Shown: positions 23,993 to 38,070 of the stretch, piece by piece
How the letters are laid out: each line of letters starts with the position of its first letter
How positions within the stretch are numbered: position 1 is the first letter of the stretch
Notes under the pieces: model-generated
The model's input: the letters and a program-made list of their open reading frames with translations, nothing else
Database searches by the model: none
Told to the model about the DNA's origin: nothing
Program-made: the position numbers and the translations under genes
Origin: Octopus sinensis
Lineage: Eukaryota
Assembly (NCBI RefSeq): GCF_006345805.1
Contig: NC_043006.1
Span: 51,398,001-51,462,000, forward strand
Length of the DNA stretch: 64,000 nt
Reading direction: 5' to 3'

Positions 23993-24114
23993 TATATATA
24001 TATATATGCCTCTGTGTGTGTATGTACACACATATATTATATATATACACACACTGCTCCAGCATGGCTGCAGTCAAATGACTGAAACAAGTAAAAGAGT
24101 AAAGAGTATATATA

Positions 24115-24176
<62 letters not shown>

Positions 24177-24289
24177 GCATCCTTTTTCTCGGGAGACAAT
24201 GGAGTTGCGCATAAAATAATCTAGTCTGGCTTTTACATTTCATGTCCTAATACATTTCCTGCTGTGGCTGTGTAGTCCTATCCTGGACA

Positions 24290-24885
24290 AACATTCCCTC
24301 TGGCAGGTGCCACAAATGTAGCGAAGACTTTTCCTGGCTGGTTGTAATGTCATAGTTTCTTGTTGACGTCTTTTATTGTCTTTCTATTTCTCCTCTCTCT
24401 CTCTGTCACTCCTTTGTGTTCCCTCTTTTACGGTACGTCACCAATCTCCACAGTTGCTGGCAACTGCTTCCCAGTTGCTAATATTGATGTTGCAAGCCTT
24501 CATGTCCCTTTTGCAAACATCCTTATATCGTAAGAACGGTCTTCCCACAGACCTAGTGCCCCTAGCAAGCTCTCCGTAGAGTATGTCCTTGGGGATTCTG
24601 CCATCCTCCATACGGCTAACATGTCCAAGCCATCTCATACGTCCTTGTGTGAGGAGTGCAAACATGCTTGGTATTCCTGCTTGAGAACATTTTTGTTGGG
24701 GACATGATTCTGCCATTTAATGCGAAGGATTTTCCGGAGGCAGCACAGGTGAAAGATATTTAGGCGACGCTCTTGGCGTGTGTATGGCGTCCAAGTCTCA
24801 CTTCCATATAGTAGAGTGCTAAGCACACATGCCTGGTAAATCTTCGTTTTTGTGGTCTTGGTCAGCTTATATATGCAACTGTTTT
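24290..24885 (-). mobile_element. BovB-like RTE LINE, C-terminal fragment
   Basis: YQACVLSTLLYGSETW, RWLGHVSRMEDGRIPKDILYGEL, GRP..RYKDVCKRD. Confidence 0.85.
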
Positions 24886-24891
24886 GAGCAA

Positions 24892-24946
<55 letters not shown>

Positions 24947-25199
24947 ATTAATACACACACACATAACTACATACATACACACAAACACACACACAATTAA
25001 CTATACAACATGCATGTGCGCACACACATGACTACACAGATATAACATCTATCCACTATCCTGCAACTTATAATTATACCAACTATACCAACTTATAATT
25101 TCTGATACATCTTAATCAAACAACACCTCAATTATCAATATGTTGATGAAACAATATCTACTGTATAACCCTAGGCTGGCCAAAGTAGTTGGTATCTTT

Positions 25200-25571
25200 C
25201 TCAACTACACTCCACACATAATAATCCATGGGATTAGAATTAGGGCAATTAGGAAGCCAGAAATTGGGGCTGGTAAAGTTGTAGAAATTCTCTGCCATCC
25301 ACTTCTGACTCTTGCCTGAGGTATGACAAGGAGCCAAATCCTGCTGTCACATATGTAGCTTTCCAGCAGCAAATCTCTCTAGCCAGGGTTTGGCCACAGT
25401 CTCTAACAGCTTCACATAACCATCTGGATTGAGCCTAAGGCTCTGTTCAACAATGTGGAGAGGCATGTCATCACCTTCACTGGAAACACACCCAAAGACC
25501 ATCACAGTTTGAGAGAGTTTATCTTTCATGATGATCAGGTCATATCTTACAGCCTTGATAGTGTTCACGGA
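25200..25571 (-). mobile_element. DD37D transposase fragment
   Basis: MVFGCVSSEGD..QQDLAPCH..FW.PN.P..NPMD. Confidence 0.75.
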
Positions 25572-27025
25572 CTGAGATGGTGGCAGTCCTCATCTTTGTA
25601 TGGAGACGTGTGAGATTGAAGAGTCCGCCATCCAAGCGATAGCACATGTTGATGGAAGGCGAGTCTAGTGGGATTTTGTTGAACATGGCAGCCATGTACA
25701 AAGAGAAAGAGGTTGGTGCCAGGACACATCCTTGCTTAAGACCCCCAGTGATGAGAAACGGGTCTGTAAGGGTATTTTGATGGCATGCCCTACCCGCCAT
25801 GCTGTCGTGGAGGGAGCGGACCAGGGCAATGAAGTCCTCCGGATATCCAAACCAGCCAAGAATGGCCCACATCGCAGCATGGGGGGCCTTGTCAAAGGCT
25901 TTCTTTAGATCCCAGAAGGCGAACATTGCAGGCTGTCGTTGTTTCTGACACTTCTCCTAGAATTGATGGGCACAAAAGATCATGTCGATTGTCTCAAGAG
26001 GGTTGAAAGCCACAGTGGGACTCAAGAAGAATGTCTTCCATGAGGATGCGGAGGCAATTGAGTAGGATCGAAGATCTTACTTGCAATACTCAGGAGTGAG
26101 ATGCTCCGATAATTGTTGCAATCCTCTTGCTCTCCCTTCTTGTAGATGGTGATGATAGTTGCATCACAGAAGTCATTTGGTGGGGTCTTGCTTTCCCAAA
26201 TCTTGAGGATAAGGAGCATCAGATGATTTCTCAGCTCAGGACCTCTGTGAGTGAAAAACTCAAATGGGATGTTGTGTGGTCCTGGAGGTTTCACCGGCTT
26301 CATGCGAACAAGTACTGATGTTCTGAGCTTCTTGAATTCCTCACTGGCATTCCACTGATGCTTGCTGTATTTTTGTTTGTTCTCTGTAGTGGCATGGTTC
26401 TCGAGGGCTAGGCACACCTGGAGTTTGGCTTTCTCTTGAGGGGTGGGCAGCAGTAATACTAAAGACGCCAGCCCAGTCATGAGTCTAGCTACCAAACTCC
26501 AATGCCATGGCTATTCATTGGAGAGTGACCATCTCAAATTCACTGTCAATGTGCGGTCATCGACTAGAGGCTTCCAGCTTTCCAGACCTGCCTCTGGTGC
26601 ACACGATACCATTGACATTGGTCATTTTGAGACAGATTAGAAAGATGAAGCCTTTCACTGAGTAAATTGTTTGAGGTGATCATGACTGCATGACAGCCAT
26701 GCACACACACTTGGCCAGGAACTTCTTCATTGCGGCTCAAGAATTGAGACATACAGTCTTGATGAGCCTGGTTGCAGCGAGCTGCCAGAATCTATCCACC
26801 TTTGTCACACCTACCTGCCAGGCGTTGCCCTCTCCTGCCTGAGTCAATCCTTAGGGACTTGAGATAGCCCTCTTCCACATGCTCCGCCATTGGGGTCTTG
26901 ATGTTGGTCTGGGACCTCATCCTTAACCTTGCCACCATGGGCGGCCCAACCAGGAGGCTAAGACTCCAGACAGTATTGCTCTCAGAATCATTGGAATACA
27001 CAAGCTCTTCCACCACGACAAGGGA
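25572..27025 (-). mobile_element. BovB-like RTE LINE, 5' part (5' terminus + RT; APE largely deleted)
   Basis: F.DLKKAFD, GLKQGCVLAP..F and IYKKG..DCNNYR.ISLLSIA. The 5' end ccttgtcgtggtggaagagcttg resembles recalled RTE 5' termini. Confidence 0.8.
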
Positions 27026-28339
27026 TGAAGGAAAAAGAAAAGGACAAAAAATACAATAGAAGAAATGCATTCATGAATTGCTAAAGAAGTGAGTGTGGGT
27101 GATACCATTATCCAACGAATGCCTATATATATTCCTTTAGGTTTACTTCAAACATATTTAGAACTTGTACAGTTCTAAAAATACTTGAATTAGGAAATGT
27201 AATAAAACTGTAATTAAGTGTTATCATATTTGATTCAGAGCTCATTAAGAAAAGCTAACTAGAAATAATTATGTGGTGAGGGAGAAAACAAAGGGGAAAA
27301 AATATAAATGAACTTTTAACCAACAGTGAATTGACAGGATTGGGAGAGTGATAGACAAGTCTCTTGGGTTATTGAGTTATGACCCTTCACATTCTGATTT
27401 TAAATACTGCCACAGCCTTCTGTCGTACTGGAGTCAATAAAACAAGTACCACTTAAGCACATATTTTACTCTCTCTCTCTCTCTCTCCCTCTACCTGACT
27501 GCTCTCATCCTCCAAATTTCAGATCTTGTGCTTAATCTAGAAATCAATTTTCACATTTTCTAACAATTTTGACCTTTGTAGGGGACGCATTGCATGGAGG
27601 CGTAGTCTTGGGTGAACTGTAAACATAATACCAATATCAGTTGGATAATATTGGTGGAATATTTTCCACATGGTGCAAATAATATATTGCTCATGGCAGC
27701 ATTGCAGAGAATAGAGTTTCAGCTGTTTAAGTCAAGCCCAATAATTAAGTCCCATAATGCCTCTGTTTCATGAGAAACTAGTTCTGCAGCTGAAAGTATT
27801 TCATTTCTCCAGATGTACCCATCCTTGTACTCTTTTTATTGCTTTCCTTTTAAAGATTTTTGTTGTGTCTTTTCCCATTTTTTCAAATAAGCCTGCCATT
27901 CCTCTTTGCCTCCATTTGGTTTTGATTGTCATAAGTAGATGGAGTGGTACTGCCATGATGTGTTGCCTCCTGATCCCTTAGTTCTCACTGTTGTTACCAC
28001 TGTGAGTGACTCCCTTTATTGTCACTGGTTGTGATTGGAAGTGGAAGTTCTTGTTTCTTACGGTTTGCTCCTGTCCAAGAAGACAGGACAGTTTTATTTG
28101 CTGTCTCATTAGTGGTGTTTAGTGTCATCTTAGGACCACCAACCTTCATGATTTGTTCTTGTGTTGTTGTCATTTTTGTTCATTTAAGCTTTTTGTGCAG
28201 AAAGCCCTTAAATGACTTCTATTGGTACATGTGTAACAGATGTAGTTGTCCAGCTCCAGGTCAGCATTGATTGGGTAAACCCATGATCATAGGTATGTCT
28301 GCTATGACCATCTTATTTTTTATTAAGGCTGGAAATAAT

Positions 28340-28700
28340 TCATCATTCTTTAACGTCCGTTTTCCATGCTAGCATGGGTTGGATGGTTCAACCGGGGTCT
28401 GGGAAGCTAGGAGGCTGCACCAGGCTCCAGTCTGATCTGGCAGTGTTTCTACAGCTGGATGCTCTTCCTAATGCCAACCACTCCGTGAGTGTAGTGGGTG
28501 CTTTTTATGTGCCACTGGCACAGGTGCCAAGGGAGGCTGGCAACAGCCATGATTGGTTGGTGCTTTTTATGTGCCACCAGCATGGAAGCTCGTCAAGGCG
28601 GCGCTGGCATCAGCCACAATCGGATGGTGCTTTTTACGTGCCACCAGCATGGGTATCACAACTACAATTTCCATTTGATTTTTATTTTGATGTTGATGTA
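28340..28700 (-). mobile_element. RTE-X 3'-tail-derived element
   Basis: catcat..ttaacgtccg..catgctagcatgggttgg..ggatgc.cttcctaa.gccaacc. Further copies at ~30262-30640, 33066-33545, 34591-35050, 36413-36675 and ~48660-48808. Confidence 0.9.
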
Positions 28701-30865
28701 CTTGACTCAATCAGAAGGAAATTCATGGAATGTTTTCTTTTTCTATAGAACATTAGTGGATTGGAAATTCAGAGAATAGAGAGATAGTTCTTGGTGTTTA
28801 CATACAGAATTATAACTGTTTTCCTAATTTTAATTTTAGAGACAAACAACTTCACAAGCTGTTTTACAGTGCTTTATTTGTGGAGTAGACACTTGTTTTA
28901 AGCTATTATCATTTTAGTGATACTTCATTGTGTGCGTGAGTGTGTGGTGGAACAGACATCTGTTCATAAGCACATACACCTTGACCATTGTCAACAATTT
29001 AAAATGAATTTCACAAATTCAAAAGCTTTAAGTGGATCCAAAGCTGAAGTGTTAAGAGTTTTTAGGACTGTATAAAATGATAAATTTTCAGGAAGTGTTT
29101 TTCATACACATTCACATTATTATTGTTTGTTGTACATTTAAACAAAGTTCTTGGTATAAGTTATTTAGAGCATGACCATGCTTTTGAAGAAACCTGTAAA
29201 AATAAAAAATAAAATATAAAGATTAGTAACATAATTGAAACCATCTTTACATATTACAAATCTATCAAATATGTGCCTTATTTAAGTTTTATATAAATCT
29301 TAGCAGTGACTGACAAGTGATATGCACTTGCTAAAAATATCCAAAGATATTCATTATTAGTTCAAAATAGCTTTCTGTGTACAGCTTACTTAATGTGCAA
29401 GTACTGAATGCTTTCTTGAGTACATCCACAGTATGTCCATGTTGAGAAAGATATACAAATTGCTGTTTTGAACTAATACAACTTCCAGCACTAATAAATT
29501 TTTACCTGGCCTGCCTGCTATTTGCAACAAAAGTGATTTGTTGATCACTGTTTCTGTCTATCAGTAGAAGCTAAATATATCTAAGCATGTAACGGTTTGC
29601 AGATACTTGCTACGATGACACTCAAAGATCCAGAAATATATATTTAGCAATTCCACCACCACTGCTAGATGCTTTTTGTCTGCTGCGGATACACTTCTGT
29701 GATTTTTAGCCCTATACATCTATATGAGATGTTTTCTTGAGATGAATACTGTAGTTTTCAGGTTTTGTACAGCATTTCTATATTAAGTAAGATATACAGA
29801 ATGTTATTTATTCAAAGATGTGTTGCAAATAATACCATAAACCTTCAGCTTATACAAATAGTAGATTTAAAAAAGAAACGAATCATTTGCTTAACAGAGG
29901 AGCCTTAAGGCTTATTACTTACAAATCTTTAGTTGTTATATCTAAAAACCTAAACCACATGCAACACATGACATGGGATGAAACATGATGTCAAACAATG
30001 CTAAGTAGAATTAATTGTAAGCATATGTATTTGACAAAAATAAATGACAAAGAATTAAGATAACACAGAGCAATAGTTTTCCTTTATCATCAAATGGGAA
30101 TATCTTCTTCTCTGAAGAAATGCACATATCTATTGCAATTTGCTTAGGTGGCTAGTTATTCATGTAGTTGTGTTTCATTTTATAAATTGAAAATGATATA
30201 ATCATTACCCACCCTCTGTGTGTATGTGAATCTGTACAGTGTAAATGCAACACTTTTATATATCATCGTCGTCGTTTAACGTCTGCTTTCCATGCTAGCA
30301 TGGGTTGGACGATTTGACTGAGGACTGGTGAACCAGATGCCTGCACCAGGCTCCAATCTTGATCTGGCAGAGTTTCTACAGCTGGATGCCCTTCCTAACG
30401 CCAACCACTCCGAGAGTGTAGTGGGTGCTTTTATGTACCACTAGCATGAGGGCCAGGCTGGTGGTACTGGCAACGGCCACGCTCAAATGGTATTTTTTAC
30501 GTGCCACCTGCACAGGAGCCAGTTCAGTGGCACTGGCAATGACCTCACTCGAATGTTTTCTTCACATGCCACTGGCACATGTGCCTGTAAGGTGACGCTG
30601 GTAACGATCACACTCGGATGATGTTTTTTATGTGCCACCATAGGTATTACTGTTTATCTCTTAGATTGCCAAGGCATACAAAATAACAGATTAATAAAAC
30701 CTAATCAACAACATGATAAAGTGTGCACATTCAAAACTGGAAGTTTCCAGTATTCAGGAACCAGTGGACCTTGGTCATGATAATGGATGCAAATCAAGTG
30801 GAATGACATCAGTTCCTTGAAAACAAAGAAAGTGTCTGATTTGGGATACCAAAGTTATAGTCACA

Positions 30866-31493
30866 TTTCTGCGGCTTTATATAGCTATGGTGTGGCTTCA
30901 TCTGGAGTTTGCATCACCGATCTGGAATCCCTATCTTGCCCAGGATATTAATCATCTGGAAACCATTCAGCGATGTGCAACCAAGAGAATACCCTCCATC
31001 AGGCATTTGCCATATTTTGAATGCCTTACTTCCCTAGGCATGGATACATTGAAACGCTGACATCTGACAACTGAGTTGGCAGACACCCATAAAATTATTA
31101 ACCATCTTACTAACAATAACGCTGAGCATCTTTTCAAACTCCACTTGTCGAACGCCCGTGGACATGTTTACAAAGTCAGAAAACAACACAGCTCCCATGA
31201 CTTTCGGAAACATTTTTTCACGCTAAGAGTTGCTGAAGTATGGAACAAACTGCCAGCATCAGTTGTTAGTTGTTGGAGCACTGCATCCTTCAAAACTTCC
31301 ATGCTTCCTGAGATTCGCCAACACTACACCTAATTTTCTTCCCTCCATACACACGCAAGCATGTATCTGATTCATACACTGTTCACTTCCCAGACATTTG
31401 TACATTACTGCATAGGCTTTATATGCACTTTTGACAAGTTGTGGTGCACATGAGCACTGTATACAATAATTTCATTATTATTATTATTATTAT
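30866..31493 (+). mobile_element. CR1 LINE 3' fragment (decayed)
   Basis: Homologous to the reverse complement of 21787-22400; (TTA)n tail at 31463-31493. Confidence 0.95.
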
Positions 31494-31914
31494 TTGCTTG
31501 ATGTGACTGAAAAGTGTAATTGATTTGGGTTCTGTGATTTTGCCCAACAAATAAATGAAATGTTGAAAATAAGATGCAGGTATGGCTTTATGGTTAACAA
31601 GTTTGCTTTCCAGTTATGTGGTTTCGAGTTCAGTCTCACTATGCAGCATGTTGGGCAAGTGTCTTCTTCTATAGCCCTAGGCACAGAAAAGGCTTGTGAG
31701 TGGATTAAGCTGATGGAAACTGAAAAATGCCTGTTGTACACTCACACACACACTGTTACACACACATATATATAGATGTGTGTGTGTTGACAGCACATGG
31801 TAGTTCTAAACAAATGTTACTGTCAATAAGTGATGTTATTCTTTTCTAGTTTTCCGTGAAAACCCTGTCTGGTTATGGGAAAACATTACTTTGCCTGCAA
31901 ACTGGCAAAGGTTT

Positions 31915-32490
31915 GTGCAGGTCCAGTCCCACTGCATGGCACCTTTGATAAGTGTTTTCTACTATAGCCTTGTGCTAACCAAAGCCTTGTGAGTGGGTTT
32001 GTCCAACAGAAACTGTTAGCAAGCTGGGCGAAATGCTTAGCAGTATTTCGTCTGCTATTACGTTCTAAGTTCAAATTCCGCCGAGGATAACTTTGCCTTT
32101 TATCCTTTCAGGGTCAATAAATTAAGTACCAGTTATGCACTGGGATCGATGTAATTGACTTAATCCCTTTGTCTGTCCTTGTTTATCCCCTCTATGTTTA
32201 GCCCCTTGTGGGCAATAAAGAAATAAGAAATAAGAAACTGAAAAAAGCCTGTCATATGTGTGTGTGTGCCTTTGTGTCTGTGTTTGTCCCCCACCATCGC
32301 TTGACAACTGGTGTTGGTATGTTTACATTCCTGTAACTAAGCAGTTTAGCAAAAGAGACTGACAGAATAAGTACCAGGCTTTAATAAGTAATTAATGGGT
32401 TCAATTCATTTGACTAAAAACTCTTCAAGGTGGTGCCCCAGCATGGCCACAGTCTGATGACTGAAACAAGTGAAAGATAAAAGATACAAG
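31915..32490 (+). mobile_element. SINE family A interrupted by a SINE family B insertion (32016-32232)
   Basis: 8-bp TSD agaaactg at 32008-32015 and 32233-32240 flanks the B copy. The A sequence resumes with gaaaaaagcc. Confidence 0.85.
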
Positions 32491-34532
32491 ATATATATAG
32501 TAAACTTGAAGTATTTCAAAAAAAATCATTAAAACAGTCATCACATTTTATACAACACACTTTGTTAAAGCAACAATTAGCATGAGCCTATGTGGGAGCT
32601 CCTACATGGTCATTCAATCTACTAGAAACTGTAGTCAAATTGGCACTTCTGTTTATTTTCAGAGATGCAGTGGGTACAAGAGAGTGAAAGTTAATTTTGA
32701 AAGAAAATAATTGTAATCTTTTTATTTGCTACAACCTCTTTGATAACAAGTAGGTAGTAAATCTCATAAATTTGTGATCTTGTGATAACATTTAAAATTT
32801 TTTTCTTTTATGAATGAATTCACTCCTCTATTTTCCAACAGTTTTATCAATAGCTTTTTTGTATTACTCATTCACTTGTATGGTCCTATTAGAGACAAGT
32901 CAACACACAGTTTACCATCTTTAAAAAAACAGTAAAAGTAAATTGTCCTAAAAAAATTAAAGTAAATTGCAATAAAACTGGTGGTGACAACAGTGACATC
33001 CCATAATTTCATGTAAGCAATGTATATGACATAAGTAATGTATAGCACATATATATATAATATATAATCATCATCGTTTAACGTCTGTTTTCCATGCTAG
33101 CATGGGTTGGACAGTTCGACCAGGGTCTGGGAAGCCAGAAGACTGCGCCAGGCTCCAGTCTGATCTGGCAGTGTTTCTACAGCTGGATGCCCTTCCTAAT
33201 GCCAACCACTCCGTGAGTGTAGTGGGTGCTTTTTACATGCCACCGGCACAAAGGCAAGAGGAGGCTGGCAAACGGCCACAATCGGATGGTGCTGTTTATG
33301 TGTCACCGACATGGAAGCCAGTCAGGCGGCACTGGCATCAGCCACGTTCGGATGGTGCTTTTTACATGTCACCGGCACAGGTATCTTAACTACAATTTCC
33401 ATTTGATTTTTATTTTGATGTTGGTGTTGACATACTTGACTCAGTAGGTCTCCTCAGACACAGCGGGTCACTCTACGATCCAAGGTTAGCATAGCAGGTT
33501 GTCCTGCGAGCCATGAACTCATTTCATTTGTCGGGTCTTTGCAGTCACAGCATGACAACTTCATGAGTTCAGAGGTTGCCGAGACCCAAATAGGAAGTCA
33601 GCATGTCAAATATCAAACATTTTAATGAAATGTTGGGATATTTCTGTCATTACTTCTAGTTTTTATTGTATTTTACTTTCATTTTTAGTACAATTTATTT
33701 ACACTCTTTTACAATGTTGAACTGTGTGCTAACCTAGATGTCCATTATAAAAGTCTCGTGAATTTTCTTAAGAGATTTCTTACCCTAAATACCAAAGAAA
33801 CTTAGTTGAAATACTAGACATAGCTTTTGAATAATAATAGTGATAATAGTTGTATACAGTTACAAGTAAAATAGCGTTTCTAATAACTAACCAGATTTCT
33901 AATTTTAGAAACAAGGCCACCGATTTTGAATGGATTCATTCAACCACTGTACTGTTCTGGTAATTTATTTTATCAATTCTGGAAGGATGAAAAGCAATGT
34001 TAACCTCAATAGGATTTGAACTCAGACACCAGCTGACATCTTGTCCAGCACTAATGATTCTCCTAGTTCCCTGTCCTAATTTAAAATATAGCTAGATAAA
34101 CAAAACTTATCAGTGCTTTATTTCATTTCAGAAATATCAGTTACATCACAGTTCTGCAGAATGTGTATTGCTTGTCAAGCCTAAATATTTGCTTTGATAT
34201 TTTACTTCAATTCAATATAATGGGGAATGCAGTTTAGGAGTGATATACCAAGAGCAGCAAGGACAGACATACTGTGTAGCAAGTCAGGCAGAATAGGTTC
34301 AATTAATGATGCACCTTGTCCTGGTTGCTCACTATCAGCCGGAACTGTAGATAATACTTGTCAGCTAGCATTATATAAGACACACAAGTTTAACTGTTGA
34401 ATTAACAGGAACAATGGCCTTAAAACACTTATTGCTCTTTCTTTATCTCTCCCTCTCTCTCACTTTCTCTGTATGTATATATACATATATGTGTGTATGT
34501 ATATAAGTACATATAAATACATATTTGTACAT

Positions 34533-34579
<47 letters not shown>

Positions 34580-35074
34580 TAGATATATATAATCATCATC
34601 ATCGTTTAACGTCTGCTCCATGGAGCATGGGTTGGACGATTTTGACTGAGGGCTGGCGAACCAGATGGCTGCACCAGGCTCCAATCTTGATTTCGCAGAG
34701 CTTCAACAGCTGGATGCCCTTCCTAACGCCAACGACTCCGAGAGTGTAGTGGGTGCTTTTTACATGCCACCGGCACGGGGGCCAGTCAGGCGAAACTGGC
34801 AACAACCTTGCTCGAATTCTTTTACACATGCCCCCAGCACAGGTGCCAGTAAGACGACTTCGGTAACGATCATGCTCGAATGGTGCCCTTTTACGTGCCA
34901 CTGGCACGGAAGCCAGTTGGTTGCTCTGGCAACGATCACACTCGGATGGTGCTCTTGGCACCCTACTAGCATGGGCACAAGTGCCAGTAAGGCGATGCTG
35001 GTAACAATCACGCTCGAATGGTGCCTTTGAGTGCCACTGGCACAGAAGCCGGTCTGTCAATGATATGTGATCAC

Positions 35075-35372
35075 ATGACCAACCAGGCTATCAGATGTTG
35101 CTACACATAGCTGGTCACAATGCGCTTCACATTGTTTTAGCCTTCAAATGACACCATCCTGCTGGTGAAGTGAGCAGACCTACAGAAGAAAGAGTGAGAG
35201 AAAGTTGTGGCGAAAGAGTACAACAGGGATTGCCACCACCCCCTGCCAGAGCCTCGTGGAGTTTTAGGTGTTTTTGCTCAATAAACACTCACAATGCCTG
35301 CTCTGGGAATTGAAACCGTGATCCTATGACCACGAGTCCACTGCCATAACCACTGGGCCATTGCGCCTCCAC
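35075..35372 (-). mobile_element. tRNA-derived SINE, family D
   Basis: Minus-strand head gtggaggcgcaatggcccagtggtt..ggtttcaattccc. Body differs from families A-C. Confidence 0.75.
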
Positions 35373-35387
35373 ATATATATATATAGG

Positions 35388-35720
35388 CACTGGAGTGGCT
35401 GTGTGATAAGAAGCTTGCTTACCAACCACATGGTTCCAGGTTCAGTGGCACCTTGGTCAAGTGTCTTCTACTATAGCCTTGTGAGAGGATCTGGTAGACG
35501 GAAACTGAAAGAAGCCCATTGTATGTGTGTGTGTGTTTGTCCCCTCCACCATCACTTGACAACTGATGTTGGTGAGTTTACATCCTCATAACTTACTGGT
35601 TTGGCAAAAAGAGACCGATAGAGTAAGTATCAGGCTTGCAAAGAATAAGTCCTGGGATCAATTTCTTTGACTAAGAGGCACTGCTCCAGCATGGCCACAG
35701 CCGGACAACTGAAACGAATA
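35388..35720 (+). mobile_element. SINE family A
   Basis: Collinear with the other A copies, with internal deletions. Confidence 0.85.
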
Positions 35721-35985
35721 GAAAGAAAAAAATATATACATGTATATATATTATTGTGTGTATAGCACAATTAGAAAACTTACCACTACAACTACTACCA
35801 TTGCTATTGCTGTTATTAATGTTATCACCATTACATCACAACTATTAAATCCCTTTATTGGTAAAACCTTTACAAACTTTTAACTCCCCACTTAAGTGGG
35901 AATTTCAGTTTTTATTTCCTTTATATATCATTCTCTCTCTCTCTCCACTCCTTCTCTCTTTTTTGTTCTAATATATCTCTCTTCA

Positions 35986-36275
35986 TAAGGCGATGAGCTG
36001 ACAGAAATGTTAGCACGCTGGGTGAAATGCTTAGCAGTATTTCGTCTGTTGTTACGTTCTGAGTTTGAATTTTGCCAAGGTCGACTTTACCTTTCATCCT
36101 TTCGGGGTCAATTAATTAAGTACCAGTTACGCACTGGGGTCAATGCAATTGACTTAATCCCTTTGTTTGTCCCCACTGTGTTGGATAAAATCTTAGCGGC
36201 TTCTTCTGCTTCTTTACATTTTGAGTTCAGATATTGCTTTCATCCTTTCAGGGTTGATAAGATAAAGTACCAGTC
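35986..36275 (+). mobile_element. SINE family B with partial internal duplication
   Basis: Head aaggcgatgagctg; the ctttcatcctttc.ggg core occurs twice. Confidence 0.8.
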
Positions 36276-38037
36276 AAGTATTGGGTTAGGGTTAGGGTTG
36301 CATATCTATCTATCTGTCTGTTTGTCTGTCCACATACAAACGTTTATACAGAGTTATATAAATTATTATTCACTTATGTGTATATGCGTGTGTGTGTATA
36401 CACACACACACATATCATCATCATTAACATCATTTAACATTAGTTTTCAATGCTGGCATGGGTTGGACTGTGTGACTGAAAAGTGGTAAGCTTTGGAGTT
36501 GCACCAGATTCCAATCTGATTTGGCATGGTTTCTACAGCTAGATGCCCTTCCTAACATCAGCCACTCCAAGAATGTAGTGGGTGCTTTTTATATGCCACC
36601 CGCATGGGTGCCAGTTATGAAACACCAGCATTGGCTGCAACTACGATCTCACTTGACTTGACAGGTCTTCTCAACCTTTTGAGTTTTTTTTTACAGGACT
36701 TAGAAAAACTGAAGGATTGCTGCAATAAGTGTGCGAATTTGAAAGTGGAATATGTTGAATAAAATCATAATTAACTGATCCCCTGTATTTTTTTTTTGGC
36801 CCAAAGCCAGCAACTGTTCATATACCTGCTCCGTTGTTCATAGCAGTAACACACCATACTTTGTTAATGATAAAGAAATATTTTTCAATTAAAATCACAA
36901 TAAATTTTCTTTCATTTGATCCAAATCAACTCAGTACTGAATTACTACCCTGGTAACCTACACACAGAAATATCTTATTGTTACATACATATATATATAT
37001 GGGGAGGAGGATACATGCATGTATTTAAACATACAAACACACATGTGCATACATTTATTCATGTAGTTGTGTTTCATTTTATAAATTGAAAATGATATAA
37101 GCATTACCCACCCTCTTCAACTCTCTTTATGTTATCCGTTTTCTCTCCAGTATTCTTGAATGTTTTAAAAAAAATAATGAACTTATTGTATACAGTGATC
37201 AGGTGCTCTACTATGTGTGTGTGTGAGTATATGTATGTATGTATGTATGTATGTATGCATGCATACATGCATTCATGCATGAATGTGTGCTTACATGAAT
37301 GCATGCATGAGTGTATGCATGCATAGGTGTATGCATGCATCAATGTTGCATGTATGTATGTACATACATACGTATATCTGTGTATATGTGTATGTATGTA
37401 TGTGTGTGTGTGTAAATGACAAATCCTTTGTCATTTAACAAATGTAAATCTACAACTTTAATGCCTATTTTGATTGTATGCATGCATGTATGTATGTATG
37501 TATGTATGTATGTATGTATGTATGTATGTATGTATGTATGTGTGTAAAGAAAAAGAGTGAGACAGACAGAGAGAGACAGAGACAGACAGAAAATAGTATT
37601 GGATTACTTTAAGAAATAAAGAGGGTGGAAATGTATAAAGATGAATGTGTGAGTGGAATTTTACAGAGTAGATATATATATATATATGTAATGAACTGAC
37701 ATATATATTTTGTTCACTGCTAATATTTCCAATAAATGTTTAGTTTTCAGAATAACCAAAGACAAAATTGAGTGAACTTATTTAATTTAAATGCACTTTG
37801 TACTGGCTTACTCTTATGCTTGTTTCATTTATTGGACTGTAGCCATGCTGGAACAACAGCTTGAAGGGTTTAGTCAAAGAAATCACCCTTGTAGCTATTT
37901 AAGTCTAGAACTTATTCTAAAGGTCTCTTTTGCCCAACTTCTACATTATGGGGTAGTAAACAAAACAAATCCTGTTCTGAAATAGTGTGTGCGTGGATGT
38001 GGGTCAAATATAAACACAGATGCATGTGTATGTGTGT

Positions 38038-38070
<33 letters not shown>

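Noticed and set aside
27740-28300. Possible additional LINE or Penelope relic (also 38570-39250)
   Set aside because: No diagnostic motif could be read, so it was not called.
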